A stretch of DNA of 64,000 nt from a virus: IMG/VR virus record IMGVR_UViG_3300031951_000076, positions 1-64,000 of that record; one strand, given 5' to 3'. Position 1 is the stretch's first letter; the number at the start of each line of letters is the position of its first letter. The notes beneath the pieces were generated by a model. It saw nothing but the letters and a program-made list of their open reading frames with translations. It was not told the origin of the DNA and searched no databases. Shown one piece after another: positions 29,201 to 39,300 of the stretch. The translations under genes and the position numbers were made by a program.

Positions 29201-30600
29201 CAGTATTGATTAGCTAAAGATTTAACATCTTTAAGTTCAGCCATCTTACCTTCAACGCCAAATTTTTCATTAACTCTTTGAATAGCTAACTGAGCATTTT
29301 CTTCTACAAAACCTTCCATCAAAGTACCTTTACCTAAAGCAGTAAGAAAAATTCCTGGTTTACTATTTAAAAGTTTACCTATACCTGTATTAGATAATTC
29401 ATATGCTAATTCATCACCTAACCTAGTACCTCCCATTAAACCTTTTGAAATAGGTTTAGTAGCAGCTTTACCCCACATGCTATTCAGCAACTTTAATTCC
29501 CATAAATTTGTCGCAGATAGTATAGCCGCATTTGCCATGAATGTTTCTTTCATGTGACTAGCAGCTATTAACTTTTTTTCTTCTTTTGTATAAGGTAATC
29601 CAGTGTTTGGGTTAATTCTTAAAAAACCTCTTTCATCTGTAGTTAAACCTTTTTCAATATTTTTACCTACTTCAGTGGTTTCAAACATAGATTCACCACC
29701 TACAGAAAGAGCCCATTGTGAAACTCTATCTAAACGATTAGCCCAAATAGATTGTGCCTTTGTTAAATAATTTTGTACAGACGCTGCTCCTTCAATTGCA
29801 TTATTAGCTGCACCTGCCCCTAATTTATAACCTGATAAACCTCTTGCTATTTTTTCTCCAACACCTAATCTAGAAAATGCCATACCAGGAGCAAAAGCTG
29901 ACACCATAAAAGCAACACCATCTGTAAAATCATTTGTCCAAAAATTTAAATCATGTGTTGCTCTCCACCAAAAGCCTGCACCTTGTGCTTCAGCTTTTTC
30001 ATACACAGGAAGCCAATCATTTTTTAGTTGTTCATCTAAATGACCAAAAACTTGAGCCATTGCATTTTGAGATGCATTTTGGATGTAATTATCTCCCCAG
30101 TTAGTTGGGTCTATCAGCCCTAAAAGAAAACCTGTATTTTGACCTATTTTAAATCCAGTAGACAAAGGAAGTCTAAGTAAACCTTTACCTAAATTAGCCC
30201 ATACACTTTCATTTTGAGCCATCCAATCTTCATTATTTCTATCATATTGAAAGTTAGGACCTATTCTTTTACCTGGCTCAAAACCACTATCATCATATCT
30301 ACGTACTTCTGATAATGGTGTTTTAAAAGGTTCTGTACTAATACCAGATCTTGCAAATTGATCTGTGCGTTCTACGTATTGTCTTGCAGCAACAAAAGCA
30401 GCACTCATATTAATAGTGGTACTATCTGTAGTGAGATCAGGAATTTTACCAAACTTACTCTCACTAGTTAATGCTTCAAGATTTAGTATTCTTTTAGAAG
30501 AATCATCAAATTTGTCTAAATTTGATAAATCGTCAAGTGTTAAATCAAGATTTAAATCTTTAACCGATGTATTTGATACATAGTCGTTAAATGCTGACAT
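23272..30600 (-). CDS. large ejected virion protein (2442 aa) with Gly-rich membrane-like segments, zincin domain and C-terminal repeats
   Basis: GVAFMVSAFAPG and IGLGGILGGG hydrophobic segments, EGFVEE..Q, HEIIH..YGFTNIQEFLAEA, DAELAAL repeats. Confidence 0.8.
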   Translation of the reverse strand: MSAFNDYVSNTSVKDLNLDLTLDDLSNLDKFDDSSKRILNLEALTSESKFGKIPDLTTDSTTINMSAAFVAARQYVERTDQFARSGISTEPFKTPLSEVRRYDDSGFEPGKRIGPNFQYDRNNEDWMAQNESVWANLGKGLLRLPLSTGFKIGQNTGFLLGLIDPTNWGDNYIQNASQNAMAQVFGHLDEQLKNDWLPVYEKAEAQGAGFWWRATHDLNFWTNDFTDGVAFMVSAFAPGMAFSRLGVGEKIARGLSGYKLGAGAANNAIEGAASVQNYLTKAQSIWANRLDRVSQWALSVGGESMFETTEVGKNIEKGLTTDERGFLRINPNTGLPYTKEEKKLIAASHMKETFMANAAILSATNLWELKLLNSMWGKAATKPISKGLMGGTRLGDELAYELSNTGIGKLLNSKPGIFLTALGKGTLMEGFVEENAQLAIQRVNEKFGVEGKMAELKDVKSLANQYWNQTLNAVTGKDPEASISIGLGGILGGGMSVYSELKQAKRNDEFTKAAVKFYNEAQQNWLKFGNIFETKMVTTKDKDGNEVSEEQIILDEKGKPTINQSKLFNVANNFNNVNSAIEAANTVENKFHRDLLRDSAFAQFVNAHIQLGLENTLLGKLDAVGRTDAGELAKLGFTPDETTPQQIEKYKNLTKQMIAQNKILNDDIIFKKDWRGRMLPEEEARKNKMTELATRLAIYRNLVNETTADNNEFKNEMLNQIAKEDIGLSDDLADQLNDLQLRIDSQKDYIEGMEISDKKPIEKALAKTVLNELQKELDTLKKDNPEALKTIKKGPDGLYQYEKANRNQVQNVILRNKLYSRQQRSSQLQNQIRQLGLEWAKYADTKNGAANFKEYIDNVIVKPFNEIADRAERGKSQRFTDEERKKRREERKGKKYEEGTSWVKKGTNATFLYRMKDDDRIAEDIMEYYDVQDGETVALKPMIQKMAANPYIDPYLRMALARLYDSIKDDAKVKFDRNQTIAPAFYTLGSNTITIDPDLHEGKMSFEGVMLHEIIHLLTSDELAYNSKFTRDIEKLYNYAKKTLEDRGIDTSYYGFTNIQEFLAEAYSNPEFQKELTSVPGLTGKKSLWVEFVDALSDFFKRVFNLELKPSVLDDIFYKVDEYLSDNIYTSAARLLKENGLTEEEIENYSKREIIDMAINEKLITDDLVVMRAKFLEEIEQEKKKEEEEKRRKELESQQQQGQQGQQQQQTETSGIDFTENYIFNGKKYDIAPLGDLILLNALDGTDDNIGFTEEEFLDNLKTGKLKRAKDVEGQEIPNTVEEYLQQQYNKVKASNDAADRETPPYEIWEKTSGKFERQRYERLKGGPKPKTEEYKIDDNVVFEDKEYTVAEITKTQDGRVVYHLKDLEGNPLVASDGVKRFVEASSLKKAEPKPDVEINYFDQIQVNNEFTDDQGNIYKIASVIPGKAVNYIVTNNAGETSFDKALIDDFLGKLENGTYKIRYSEFIEDDPSAVRDFVQNNRFDTTGLQSSRSDNNTANVTYQEGRRQTAPSNSLANTTDIAEFRVTGDVVTQVRTGVNTNYVFDIATGNFPEGSSLTYRVMTKDFPTVTNRITGDVYDAGNIFGPDGKVNPEMYDYAPIGVYATIEGKEKLIGTFHEPQWINHKIFNKYVNIVVPEDQLDMDLPTVVKEEVAKNQKFRKFILDNFNNDPSFEMNGIVEGKSIGILRNTTDPGVIKDRVNPKIADGGTDNRHGMFAIVKNGELQVDAGVVIDKVENTKSFTEEIDNQSGVSVLLLPTPRGTFFPTYVKLPKVSENKAKLIIEAWKAFVGETMNPKLVEGIYKALGMEMSEGKPDIGVLQRYVDQFITRLKKEQLSEIGNGSDVANGLARLNITAQGHLYLQVKTADGEWFNNDGKPIVLSSELPGNVISLMQNLLTTVKFTDPRNPNLVGINNTKKVPFVTIQNNEVKITPMTYNEYIMQNAMTYVEEGIPSKNKDGDWVYFANPVIKMSSNTDAIVVKPKEEEVVVGDTFEKPPVVTPAPTAPVSDIEKRRKEIEDFRTDAKEDIVVSVLGTKGQRWGTVIRVHKKENTNTFKQYKLTDFETKELLEKEIDKIYDAELAALTQPIAPVVSDKKAIVAAGIREQGTQVSVEVIGDSGKEFLLVIDRNSKGRVELFSEKKDWGDGTFTYRPGESEQASQEQKVKLYNKYVPESVRNLITEWQNSFTGSWAAPETEDGKRHRAIEAKLEKELAALEGAKPATASVSNVKANIEERRKAALKKYDDEGGMYDDDYGKQKRRINAQYDAELARELYKELKAGKIITSFSKEEQEILNDSTILTSEIKASVDAELAAAEVKPTVKQTKKSAKTQLRFAKVGDVLYDEKGNKYEVISKKDKYGRSLEYKKNDVEQGVINPKTVGPYDNPFAMEDLYYEKPEVSSEQAAVNPDDIFAQLDRIAIANQMTDEQVEKEKDKCNTKPKSKK
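23660..24595 (-). repeat. 3-4 imperfect cassette repeats (S)DIE(K/E)RR...I(N/D)AxYDAELAAL with unrelated cores
   Basis: IDKIYDAELAALT, IEAKLEKELAALEG, INAQYDAELA, SVDAELAAAE; DNA repeat TAAAGCAGCTAGTTC near 23959 and 24352. Confidence 0.75.
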
Positions 30601-30637
30601 TAGTTTTGCAATTTATTAGTATTTTAATTTACAGTTT

Positions 30638-32890
30638 TTATTTTTGTACTGGTGGATTCATTAATACTTGAAGTTCTTTAAAGGTGTAATTTTCACAAAG
30701 AAATTTAACAGTGCGACCAAAGTCTTCAACTGACTTAAGTGGTTCAAACCCAGGACCACCTGATGTTATCATCTCTCCTTTATTATTTTTTAAATAGTAT
30801 AAGTTTTCACCAGCTTTAACACCACTGAATTTTATATTATAACCATCTTTTGTTCTATCAAGGTATAAAAATTCTTCAGGTTGACCTTTATATACTTTAG
30901 ATCCAATTCTATGTAGCAGTCTTCTTTGATCATAATCAAATCCATAAAAAGGATCAAACTTCTGTAAAGACTGAGCACCTGCGTTAAGAATTTTTACCTC
31001 ACCTGTTTTATCATTATATTGATAATTACCTTTACCAACTCTAGCCTCAAGAGAAGCTTTTAATTGTGTTACACTAATTGTTGATTTGTTTGGATCTAAT
31101 TGAACATTGAATGAAACATCTACACCGTTAGCTGTTGGACTAAAAATAAGCCCTCCTCCAATTTGTGAAGCATCAATACCACTCATAGTTGCAGCAGCAC
31201 TAACTGCTTCAGCATATCTTTTATCTGCTGGGTTCAAACCATACGATTGATATGTTGTCGCAACTTTTGTATAATTTGGATCTTGATATTTACCTAAATA
31301 TGTATTATATGCAGTATTAAGTTGATTATATAGTTGTGTTTCCTGATCAGTTAATTTCATCCCTTTATTAAGTCTTGTTTGTAAAATTGTCAATGCGTCA
31401 AATTGTTTACGACCCATATTATTTACAATAAAACTTTGAGCGTTTGTTTTAAAATTTTTCAAATTTTCTACACTTACATTATATAACGCTGATTTTTTTG
31501 TAAATTTTAAAACAAGCTCATCTTGTGGATGTTCTCTTACATATTTAGAAAATGCTTTTTGTGTTAAAACAGTTCCTGCAGGTAGTGATAATTTTATATG
31601 ATTTTCTAATTCAGTTTGAGCAGTTGTTACCTCATTTACCATTCGATAAACATCATTTTTAGCACCTTGAAAGTTATTAAGTTCAGGTGTAGATGACCCA
31701 CCTTTTATAGGTATATATGGTAAACTACCTTCATTATTTTTAAGACCCAGTTTATATAATTCATGCTCCCAGTCTTCCTTACGATCTTCTAATTCCCAAT
31801 TTCTTTTGGTGTACATTCTACTAGTTTCCTGTGCTTCTCTATAAAACATCATAGCAACTTGGTTAAAATCAACATCTTGTTCAACATCAAAATGAGCATA
31901 ACCTTTAGCTAATCTTTGTATTTCTTCATTATAAAAAATACCAAAAGATAAATTTTCTGCATTTCTTCTTACAAACGTCATATCACCAGTTCCAGAAAAA
32001 TTATTATCCATCTGGGTTTTCTGGTTAGCATAAGCATCTCTTTCTTTAATAAGCTGATCTTTTTTTGTAGGATCTTTTTCATTACGAATATCTACATCAA
32101 GTTCAAGTATTTTCATCTGTAAAGGTGCTTGAACAGGAGCTAATGCATCTGAATAAGCTTTACCTAATACATCTAAGTTATTACCATATTTTACAGCACC
32201 ATCAATTCTCATTTGTGTTTTAGCCTGATCAGAAAGAACAGCATCTAAATAATTTGAGATTTCTCCTGGCAAATAACTTTTATCATCCACCTTTTCTACA
32301 TAAAAACCATTTATTTTAACTGTTTTTGTATGAGACGGTTTAAATTCTTTCATACGTTCTGCCACCTCTTTCTTGTAATCATAATAAGGTGTATAGGATC
32401 TCTTCATACCATAATATTCTTTCCAAGACTCTGGACCATCATTAGCAAAATAATTCTTTTGTTGATTTATATAATCAATATTATTTTGATGAAAAAATTT
32501 ACCTCCCTCCTGTAGACGGTAACTATTACCAATAGAGACCTGTCTGTTCCAATGCTCAGTTAATGACTGATCACCAACAACATCAAAGTTGTTGTAAAAT
32601 GGAGCAAATACATTTTTAGCAGCATTAACATTTTGAACTTGAGACAAATCCATTTTAGACAAGTTCTTAAGATTATCTTTTGCTTGCTTTAAAAATTGCT
32701 CTTTTACTTTTGCATTATATGGGTTAGTTGTTTCCCTATTAACAAAATTGTAAGTGGAGTTTATTTGTGCAAAGCCCTGGTCATACAATGCTTTTCTTCT
32801 CTGAAGCATTTTGTCCATGAACGAAAAGTCAGGCGTAAATAACGCTGGTTCAGGAAAGACGTCAGTGACATTTGGTAAATAAGTAGCCAT
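30638..32890 (-). CDS. putative ejected/cargo virion protein (750 aa)
   Basis: MATYLPNVTD..FTPDFSF..YDQG N-terminus; position just upstream of the ejection trio as in crAss-like phages. Confidence 0.7.
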   Translation of the reverse strand: MATYLPNVTDVFPEPALFTPDFSFMDKMLQRRKALYDQGFAQINSTYNFVNRETTNPYNAKVKEQFLKQAKDNLKNLSKMDLSQVQNVNAAKNVFAPFYNNFDVVGDQSLTEHWNRQVSIGNSYRLQEGGKFFHQNNIDYINQQKNYFANDGPESWKEYYGMKRSYTPYYDYKKEVAERMKEFKPSHTKTVKINGFYVEKVDDKSYLPGEISNYLDAVLSDQAKTQMRIDGAVKYGNNLDVLGKAYSDALAPVQAPLQMKILELDVDIRNEKDPTKKDQLIKERDAYANQKTQMDNNFSGTGDMTFVRRNAENLSFGIFYNEEIQRLAKGYAHFDVEQDVDFNQVAMMFYREAQETSRMYTKRNWELEDRKEDWEHELYKLGLKNNEGSLPYIPIKGGSSTPELNNFQGAKNDVYRMVNEVTTAQTELENHIKLSLPAGTVLTQKAFSKYVREHPQDELVLKFTKKSALYNVSVENLKNFKTNAQSFIVNNMGRKQFDALTILQTRLNKGMKLTDQETQLYNQLNTAYNTYLGKYQDPNYTKVATTYQSYGLNPADKRYAEAVSAAATMSGIDASQIGGGLIFSPTANGVDVSFNVQLDPNKSTISVTQLKASLEARVGKGNYQYNDKTGEVKILNAGAQSLQKFDPFYGFDYDQRRLLHRIGSKVYKGQPEEFLYLDRTKDGYNIKFSGVKAGENLYYLKNNKGEMITSGGPGFEPLKSVEDFGRTVKFLCENYTFKELQVLMNPPVQK

Positions 32891-32920
32891 ATTATATATA
32901 TAAGATAATTAAAAATATTT

Positions 32921-32940
32921 AAAGTTTAAAATTAAACTTT
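32921..32940. promoter_or_regulatory. palindrome AAAGTTT-N6-AAACTTT upstream of the 750-aa gene
   Basis: Inverted repeat ~31 nt upstream of the start; similar element at 52772-52790. Confidence 0.4.
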
Positions 32941-32946
32941 TAAAGT

Positions 32947-35900
32947 TTAACCCATTAGACCTTGGTAATCTGATAGTATTTGTCTCCTTCTTGAATCTTT
33001 ATCTTTTTTATCAGAATTATTAATCATATTCCAAGCTTCTTCTTCAGCTTTTTTATCAGAAAGACCTCTTTCCATTAAGTCTCCTTTTAATTTAGAAAAA
33101 CCTTCTAAAGTATAACTACCTGAACTCGCACCAAAATCATCCCAATCTTGACCAGCATACTCATTGTAGTAGGATCTTCCTGTTAAAGGATCTACAGGAT
33201 ACATTTGGTTTACATTATTTAGTAAGCCAAGATACATTCTATTTTTCCAAGCTTGTCCAAACGCTTTTGCATTTGTATTTAAATAAGCACGTCTTGCATT
33301 ATCGTAGTTTTGATTTAACAAGACATTCTTATCCCAAAGCTCTTGTGATCTTCCTATATTAGCTGCTGTATTTCTTTCTCTTCTTTGAGCTTCATTTTGA
33401 GCAAATTCTTTTGCAATAGCAACATTTTTTGAATCTATTTCTGCAATATCACTAACTACACCTTCTGCTTGCTGAGCTTGCAAGTTAGCTAAATTTGCGC
33501 CAACAGCTGAACTTGGAGAATATGTATTTAATATTTCCCACATCTTATTCATTTGACTTTGTCTTTGATGGGCTCTTGCTTTCCAATCTTCTAAAACAAG
33601 ATCAGCAGGTTCAAATGGTAATTGCTGAGACCATGGGAAATATTTTCTTGGTGGTACAGCAGCAGCTGCAGCCATTGTTACTAAATCAGGTGTCATATAC
33701 TGAAATGGCATTTGAATATTTTTGCCATCAAATGTACCTGCTCCTTTATAACAAGCTTTCTGTGCTTCAGCATAAGATGAATATACAGTTAGACCTGTAT
33801 GTGTTGCTGCATTATAAACAGCAGGTCCTTGATCAGTACATACATATTGTTTTGCTTGAGTGTTTGTAGTGATAGCAGGAGGTTGATATTTAAATTGATC
33901 AAGATGTTCAAGACCAATTTTCTTATCATCTTTCATTTCTTTTCTATAATCACTTGCTTCAAATGTTTTAGCAAAAGCAGGATAGAATACATTATTAAAA
34001 AAGTCAGGATCTGTATATAGCTTTTTAACATCTTTTAATTGTTCATCTGTATATTTAGTATGATCAATTAAAAGATTCTTAAAGAATATTCTTCTTTTTT
34101 GAATATCACTCATACCCTTTAATGTATTTGGATCAGGATAGAGTGCTCTTAACACTTTATTCTCAAACATTTGTGGAGTTACACCACCAAAAAATCCAAC
34201 TTTCTCATCTTGACCTTTTGCATCTTTTTGAACCCATGTAAGACCTTCTGTAGAGTTTTGCGTAATTTGATAACCTTTGATTGGTGTACCTTTATCATCT
34301 GTTTCATCATCATGTTGTAAACCAAAATAAGTAATTAACGCTGCTAATTCATTTGCTTCATCTTCTGTAAGATTTGATACATAATATTTACCACCTTCAG
34401 CTTTTGCTTTTTTAGCAAGAAGTTCTTGCATTTTTGCATATTTAGGATCTTTTAAGCTTGCTTTTTTATCAGGTGTTTTTGATTGATCATAGTAACCAGG
34501 AGCTTGTGTTGTAGTTGGATCAACAACAGTTAGACCACCTCTTATATACATACCCAATCTAGAAACAGATCCACCTCTACGCATTGGAGGTTCTTGACCC
34601 ATTTGTTGTTCTTGAGAAGGTGCCATAGGTGCTTGTTGATTATCTTCTTGATTAACAACTTCTTTTGAAGGTCCTTCCATTTCTGCAAGTTCAGGCATAA
34701 TGTTTTTAACAACATCAGGTATACCTTGTGGGAAACCTTTCATTTGTTCTTGTATCAAAGCAAGCTGAGCAAGTTTCTTTTGATATGTTTTAACCATTAA
34801 TTGAGCTGTAGATTTTTTAAGCTCATCTGCATTTTTATCTTCAATTACTGCTTTATATTTATTTATATCATACTTTTTAGCAATCTCAGCTGGTGTGTAT
34901 CCTTTTTTACTAGGAGGCATTCCAAACATCTTAAGAATCTTTTCATCTTTGATTCTTAATTTTTCTGTATCAGAAAATATAAAACTACCTTCTGGAACAT
35001 TTAATGGTGTACCACCTTCAGTGTGTCTTTTACCACCAATAAGCATATGTTCCAAAGCACCATCACCATCTACATCACCAAAAATTGTTTCATCTTTTTC
35101 AGCTTCAATATTGGCTTTTGATCTAGGTACAGGTTTTAAAGTTTTAGACAATGTCTCGGATTTCTCAGGTGGCATGTCTGTATAAATTCTTTTTTGACCA
35201 AGATTCAATCCATAACCTAGCTGCCCACTGTACGTCATAGGTTGACCACCTGTAGCAAAAAACCAACCTTGTTTTTTATTACCAGGCTGTTGGGTCATAC
35301 CATATGGATTATATTTTTTTCTATAATAATCCTCAAACATACCATACCCAGGTTTATTTATATTTCTCATTAAATCATATGCATTTAATAAATTTGTTCT
35401 AAGTCCTTCGTTAGGATCTCTTGGTCTAAATTGTTCTAAATTTTTATTATACTCTTCTAATTGAGAAATATCATCTACGGAATTAATACCACCAAAATTC
35501 ATTTGGTTTAAACCATCATCAATAATTCTAATTTTTATTTTTTTCATATTACTAGTTATAGGTGTACCACCATGTTTAACTACATTACTTGGTTGAAAAA
35601 TAGGATTTGTATACATACCTTTACTTTTAAAACCTCGTTTGTCTGGTTTATATTCTCCTGTTAATCCAAAAACATCTCCTTTATCTGGCTCTTTAGCAGT
35701 TAAAGAATTATCAAGCAATTTAGTTTCGGCCCACCATTTGTTAAATTTTTTTTGTTGCTTTCTATCTGTAAAATAATCTATAATAGGTTGTGCAATAAGT
35801 GCAGTACCTAATATATTTTTAGATGTTCTTTCCATCCATGTACCTGGCTTATCTTTTTTTTGCTTTTTTTGTTTAGGTTGTATATCTTGACATTCTCCTG

Positions 35901-36324
35901 TAACTAGATTTTTTTCTTTACCATCAGGGCAACCACCTATTGCTTGTTTAAAATCAGAGCCTGGTTTAGGAATTGTAAAGTTTCCATCAGCTTGTAAATT
36001 ACCATCTACAAGTTTAGTTTTTGGAAGAGTTATTGTTTTATCTGGATCTGGAACACATTTACCTAATATAAAGTCATATTTATATGTAGGATCATCACAT
36101 TGTGTTTGAGCAAAAAATCCATTTTTATTTATACCAAATGGATTTTTGTTCTCTCCAGTTATTGTAAAAGGATCTTTTTTATTATATAATGAATAATCAT
36201 TCTCTGGTAAACTAATTTTATCAGGAATACATTTATCACCAACAGGTATATAACCTGGATCACAATTAGGAGGGGTACCCCCTATAACCATTTTAGGCAA
36301 ACCTGTTATTCTAATTCTAGGCAT
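32947..36324 (-). CDS. crAss-like cargo/structural protein (1125 aa)
   Basis: NIEAEKDE..GGKRHTEGGTPL..FIFSD core, several xxxGG motifs, three N-terminal Cys-pair mini-repeats. Confidence 0.75.
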   Translation of the reverse strand: MPRIRITGLPKMVIGGTPPNCDPGYIPVGDKCIPDKISLPENDYSLYNKKDPFTITGENKNPFGINKNGFFAQTQCDDPTYKYDFILGKCVPDPDKTITLPKTKLVDGNLQADGNFTIPKPGSDFKQAIGGCPDGKEKNLVTGECQDIQPKQKKQKKDKPGTWMERTSKNILGTALIAQPIIDYFTDRKQQKKFNKWWAETKLLDNSLTAKEPDKGDVFGLTGEYKPDKRGFKSKGMYTNPIFQPSNVVKHGGTPITSNMKKIKIRIIDDGLNQMNFGGINSVDDISQLEEYNKNLEQFRPRDPNEGLRTNLLNAYDLMRNINKPGYGMFEDYYRKKYNPYGMTQQPGNKKQGWFFATGGQPMTYSGQLGYGLNLGQKRIYTDMPPEKSETLSKTLKPVPRSKANIEAEKDETIFGDVDGDGALEHMLIGGKRHTEGGTPLNVPEGSFIFSDTEKLRIKDEKILKMFGMPPSKKGYTPAEIAKKYDINKYKAVIEDKNADELKKSTAQLMVKTYQKKLAQLALIQEQMKGFPQGIPDVVKNIMPELAEMEGPSKEVVNQEDNQQAPMAPSQEQQMGQEPPMRRGGSVSRLGMYIRGGLTVVDPTTTQAPGYYDQSKTPDKKASLKDPKYAKMQELLAKKAKAEGGKYYVSNLTEDEANELAALITYFGLQHDDETDDKGTPIKGYQITQNSTEGLTWVQKDAKGQDEKVGFFGGVTPQMFENKVLRALYPDPNTLKGMSDIQKRRIFFKNLLIDHTKYTDEQLKDVKKLYTDPDFFNNVFYPAFAKTFEASDYRKEMKDDKKIGLEHLDQFKYQPPAITTNTQAKQYVCTDQGPAVYNAATHTGLTVYSSYAEAQKACYKGAGTFDGKNIQMPFQYMTPDLVTMAAAAAVPPRKYFPWSQQLPFEPADLVLEDWKARAHQRQSQMNKMWEILNTYSPSSAVGANLANLQAQQAEGVVSDIAEIDSKNVAIAKEFAQNEAQRRERNTAANIGRSQELWDKNVLLNQNYDNARRAYLNTNAKAFGQAWKNRMYLGLLNNVNQMYPVDPLTGRSYYNEYAGQDWDDFGASSGSYTLEGFSKLKGDLMERGLSDKKAEEEAWNMINNSDKKDKDSRRRQILSDYQGLMG

Positions 36325-36334
36325 AATGTATAAT

Positions 36335-39300
36335 TTAAATTATTTCAAATTTAATTCCTTTTCTTCTAAGTTCTTTTAATTCTTCTTCTGTAACTTCCAT
36401 TTCTTGACCAACCATTCCACCTTGAGCATACATGCCCCCACCATACATACCCATTGGCATTTGTTGAGGTGGAGCTTGTTGTTGAGGTTGTGCAGGTCCA
36501 GCACCTTGTTGTGATGCTTGTATCTGTTGCATAACCATTTCAACAGCTTGTTGTGCAAGTTCTTCAGGAACACCTTGTTGAACTAAGTTTTGCATAATTT
36601 GTTCAGGAGGCATTTGTTGTTGCATCATTTGTATAACCATTTGAACAACTTGTTGCATTTGTTCTTCAGATATTTGTGAAGCTTGTTCACCTTGTTGTGG
36701 TGGCATTCCTTGTTCAGGTGCTGCTGCACCTTGTTGTTGCATCATCATAGCTTCTTCAGGTGTCATACCACCTTCAGCATATACAAATCTACTTAATGGA
36801 TTTACTGGTTGAAAAGGATTATAAAATCCACCATCTTCAAAACCTTGATTACCATTCCATGTACCTGTATATGCACCACCATCTTCACTCATAGTCATTT
36901 CTGAATTTTCATAACAATTACCCCCCCAACAGTCACCTTGACGCTTTATACCTCTTTGTATTTGTCTATCCATTTTTCTTTGCATGCGATTAAGTTTTCT
37001 ATTACTTGGAAAGGGATCATCACTTCTTCTTTCTTTTTTAGGTATTGGTTTAACATATTGATCAGGATACCAAGTATGTTCTCTTCCAAAAATATTATAA
37101 GTGTAAGGAGTTTGACCATAAGGGTTTTGATTACTATATGCAACATCTTCAGGTATATTATGTCTTTTTCTAAACCATACTTCAGGATGTGCTAATGTAG
37201 CACCAACAGATCCTGCTAATGCTCTAAAAGGACTAACGGTTCCATCAGATCTTACACCTTTATTTACATACCCAAATAAATCATTATAAAAAGGTGTCAT
37301 ATGTTCTGTATAACCTTGACTAACTAAATCAGCTGCAGCTTTTTCTCTACCTTTTCTAACATTATATCCTGGAGGACATTTACAATCATATTCTGGGCAA
37401 AGACAATTATCTACCTGACCTGCTGTTTCATAAACATCTCCACCATAAGCATAATTTACAGAATAATCAGAACCAAGTCCATATTTAGGTAAGTTAGCAC
37501 CATAAGATATATCACCATATTGTGGTATAAATGGTCCAGCTTCACCACCTTCTTCTTTTCTACGACCTTTTTTACCTTTATTTTTACCAGCTTGCTGTCT
37601 TTTTTGATAGTTAGCTGCATTCTCTCTTCTTTTCTGATCTTTCTTTTCTTGCTCTATTTGTTCTTTAGTTTTATTTTCAGTAGCTTGTTTTTCATTTTCT
37701 GCTCTTACTCTTTCTTCTTCTATTCTTTGTGCCTCTTGTTGATTATTAAAAACTTCAAACTGACCTGTAGCACCTTTTTGTTTTGCTTCAGCTATTAATT
37801 CAGCTACTGTTTTTTGATTTTGAGCAACAGGTCCTTTACTTTTTTCTTTCGGTGTTGTTTCTGTAGATCCAGTTGTCTCAGTACCTGTTGTCTCTGCACC
37901 TGCTGTTTCTGCACCACCTGTTTGTGTACTTGTTCCTGCGTCTGAAGTAAATAATGAAAGTCTATCTTTTCTGTCTTTAATAGCTCTTTCAACTATTTTT
38001 TGATTATTTTTGTTTAAGTTAGCACGTCTTTCATTTTCTGGAGTATTGTCCCATTTATCCCATATTTCTTTACGTTCTTTCATTTCCTCTTCAGTGAGAG
38101 GTATTTCATACTGATCATTGTCAATTTCAAATTTTAGAGCATTAGTATCCCAGTTTGTAGTAAAATAATAGTTTTTGCCTGCATCACTCTCTAAAAAAGA
38201 CAATTGTTTTTCTAATGTTTCTTTGTCTTTAGGTAATCTTAAGTTTTCCTGTTCTGCAGATGTAGAAGATGTTGGTGTTTCTGTACTTGTTGAAGAAGTA
38301 GGTGTTCCTTCGTTAATAGGTACAATTTCAAAGTCTGATTCTGATTCATTAGTTGATGAAGATGATGCAGGACGTCTTCTTGTTTTATTCATTTCTTGCC
38401 ATCTTTCTTTAGTAGGTATATCCTTTAACATTTCTTTTGCTTCTTCAAGTGTAGCACCATTTTCCAAAAGACGATTGATATCATATTTACCACGTGTATA
38501 ACCTCTAGCAAGCACTTCATTCATATATGCTGTCTGACTTGCTTTAAAATTTTTTAATTCAGCTTCAGATAATTTAGATCTATCTATTTCTCCAACATTA
38601 CCCCATCTTCTTTGTATAGGTACTTTAGACTTATTGTATCCATATCCTATTGCTTTGTTTCCTAGATATGCACCAAGTAGATATCCAGGACCTGTAACAT
38701 ACCATGGATAATCTGTTTTGTTTTGATCATTTAATATTATTTGTTCACCCTGATTAATTTGATTATCTGTAGGTATACCTATACTATCTTTTGTACCTTG
38801 AGTAGGCATTGGTATGTCTAAAGTATCTGAAAAAGGATTAACAATTACAGCATTACCCTGTTTAATTACTTTATTTGTCTCTTCATTACCAGCACCTGCA
38901 GTTGTATCAGGTTCAGCAATAACTTGATCCATTAACTGCTCCATACTCATTGTAGTAGTGTTTGTCAAAACAGAATTTAAATAATTATCATAACTCTGTT
39001 TAAATGCATCATAACTAGGATAGTTTTCTACATTAGGCAATGTTTCTAAACTTCCAGTACCAAACATTGGTACTTGCATACCAAGATCAGCTCTTGGCAC
39101 TCTACCACCCCAAGCCATCATACCTTGTTGCATTCCTGGCTGTTGCATACCTTGTTGTTGCATACCAGCTGGCTTCTTCATTTGCATTTGTCTCTGAAGC
39201 TGATTGTTAAATGCTGTAACAATACCAGGTGCTTGGTCATCAGGTATACCCATACCAATTAACTCTTCAACAATTTGAACATCAGTGAAACCTTGTTGTT

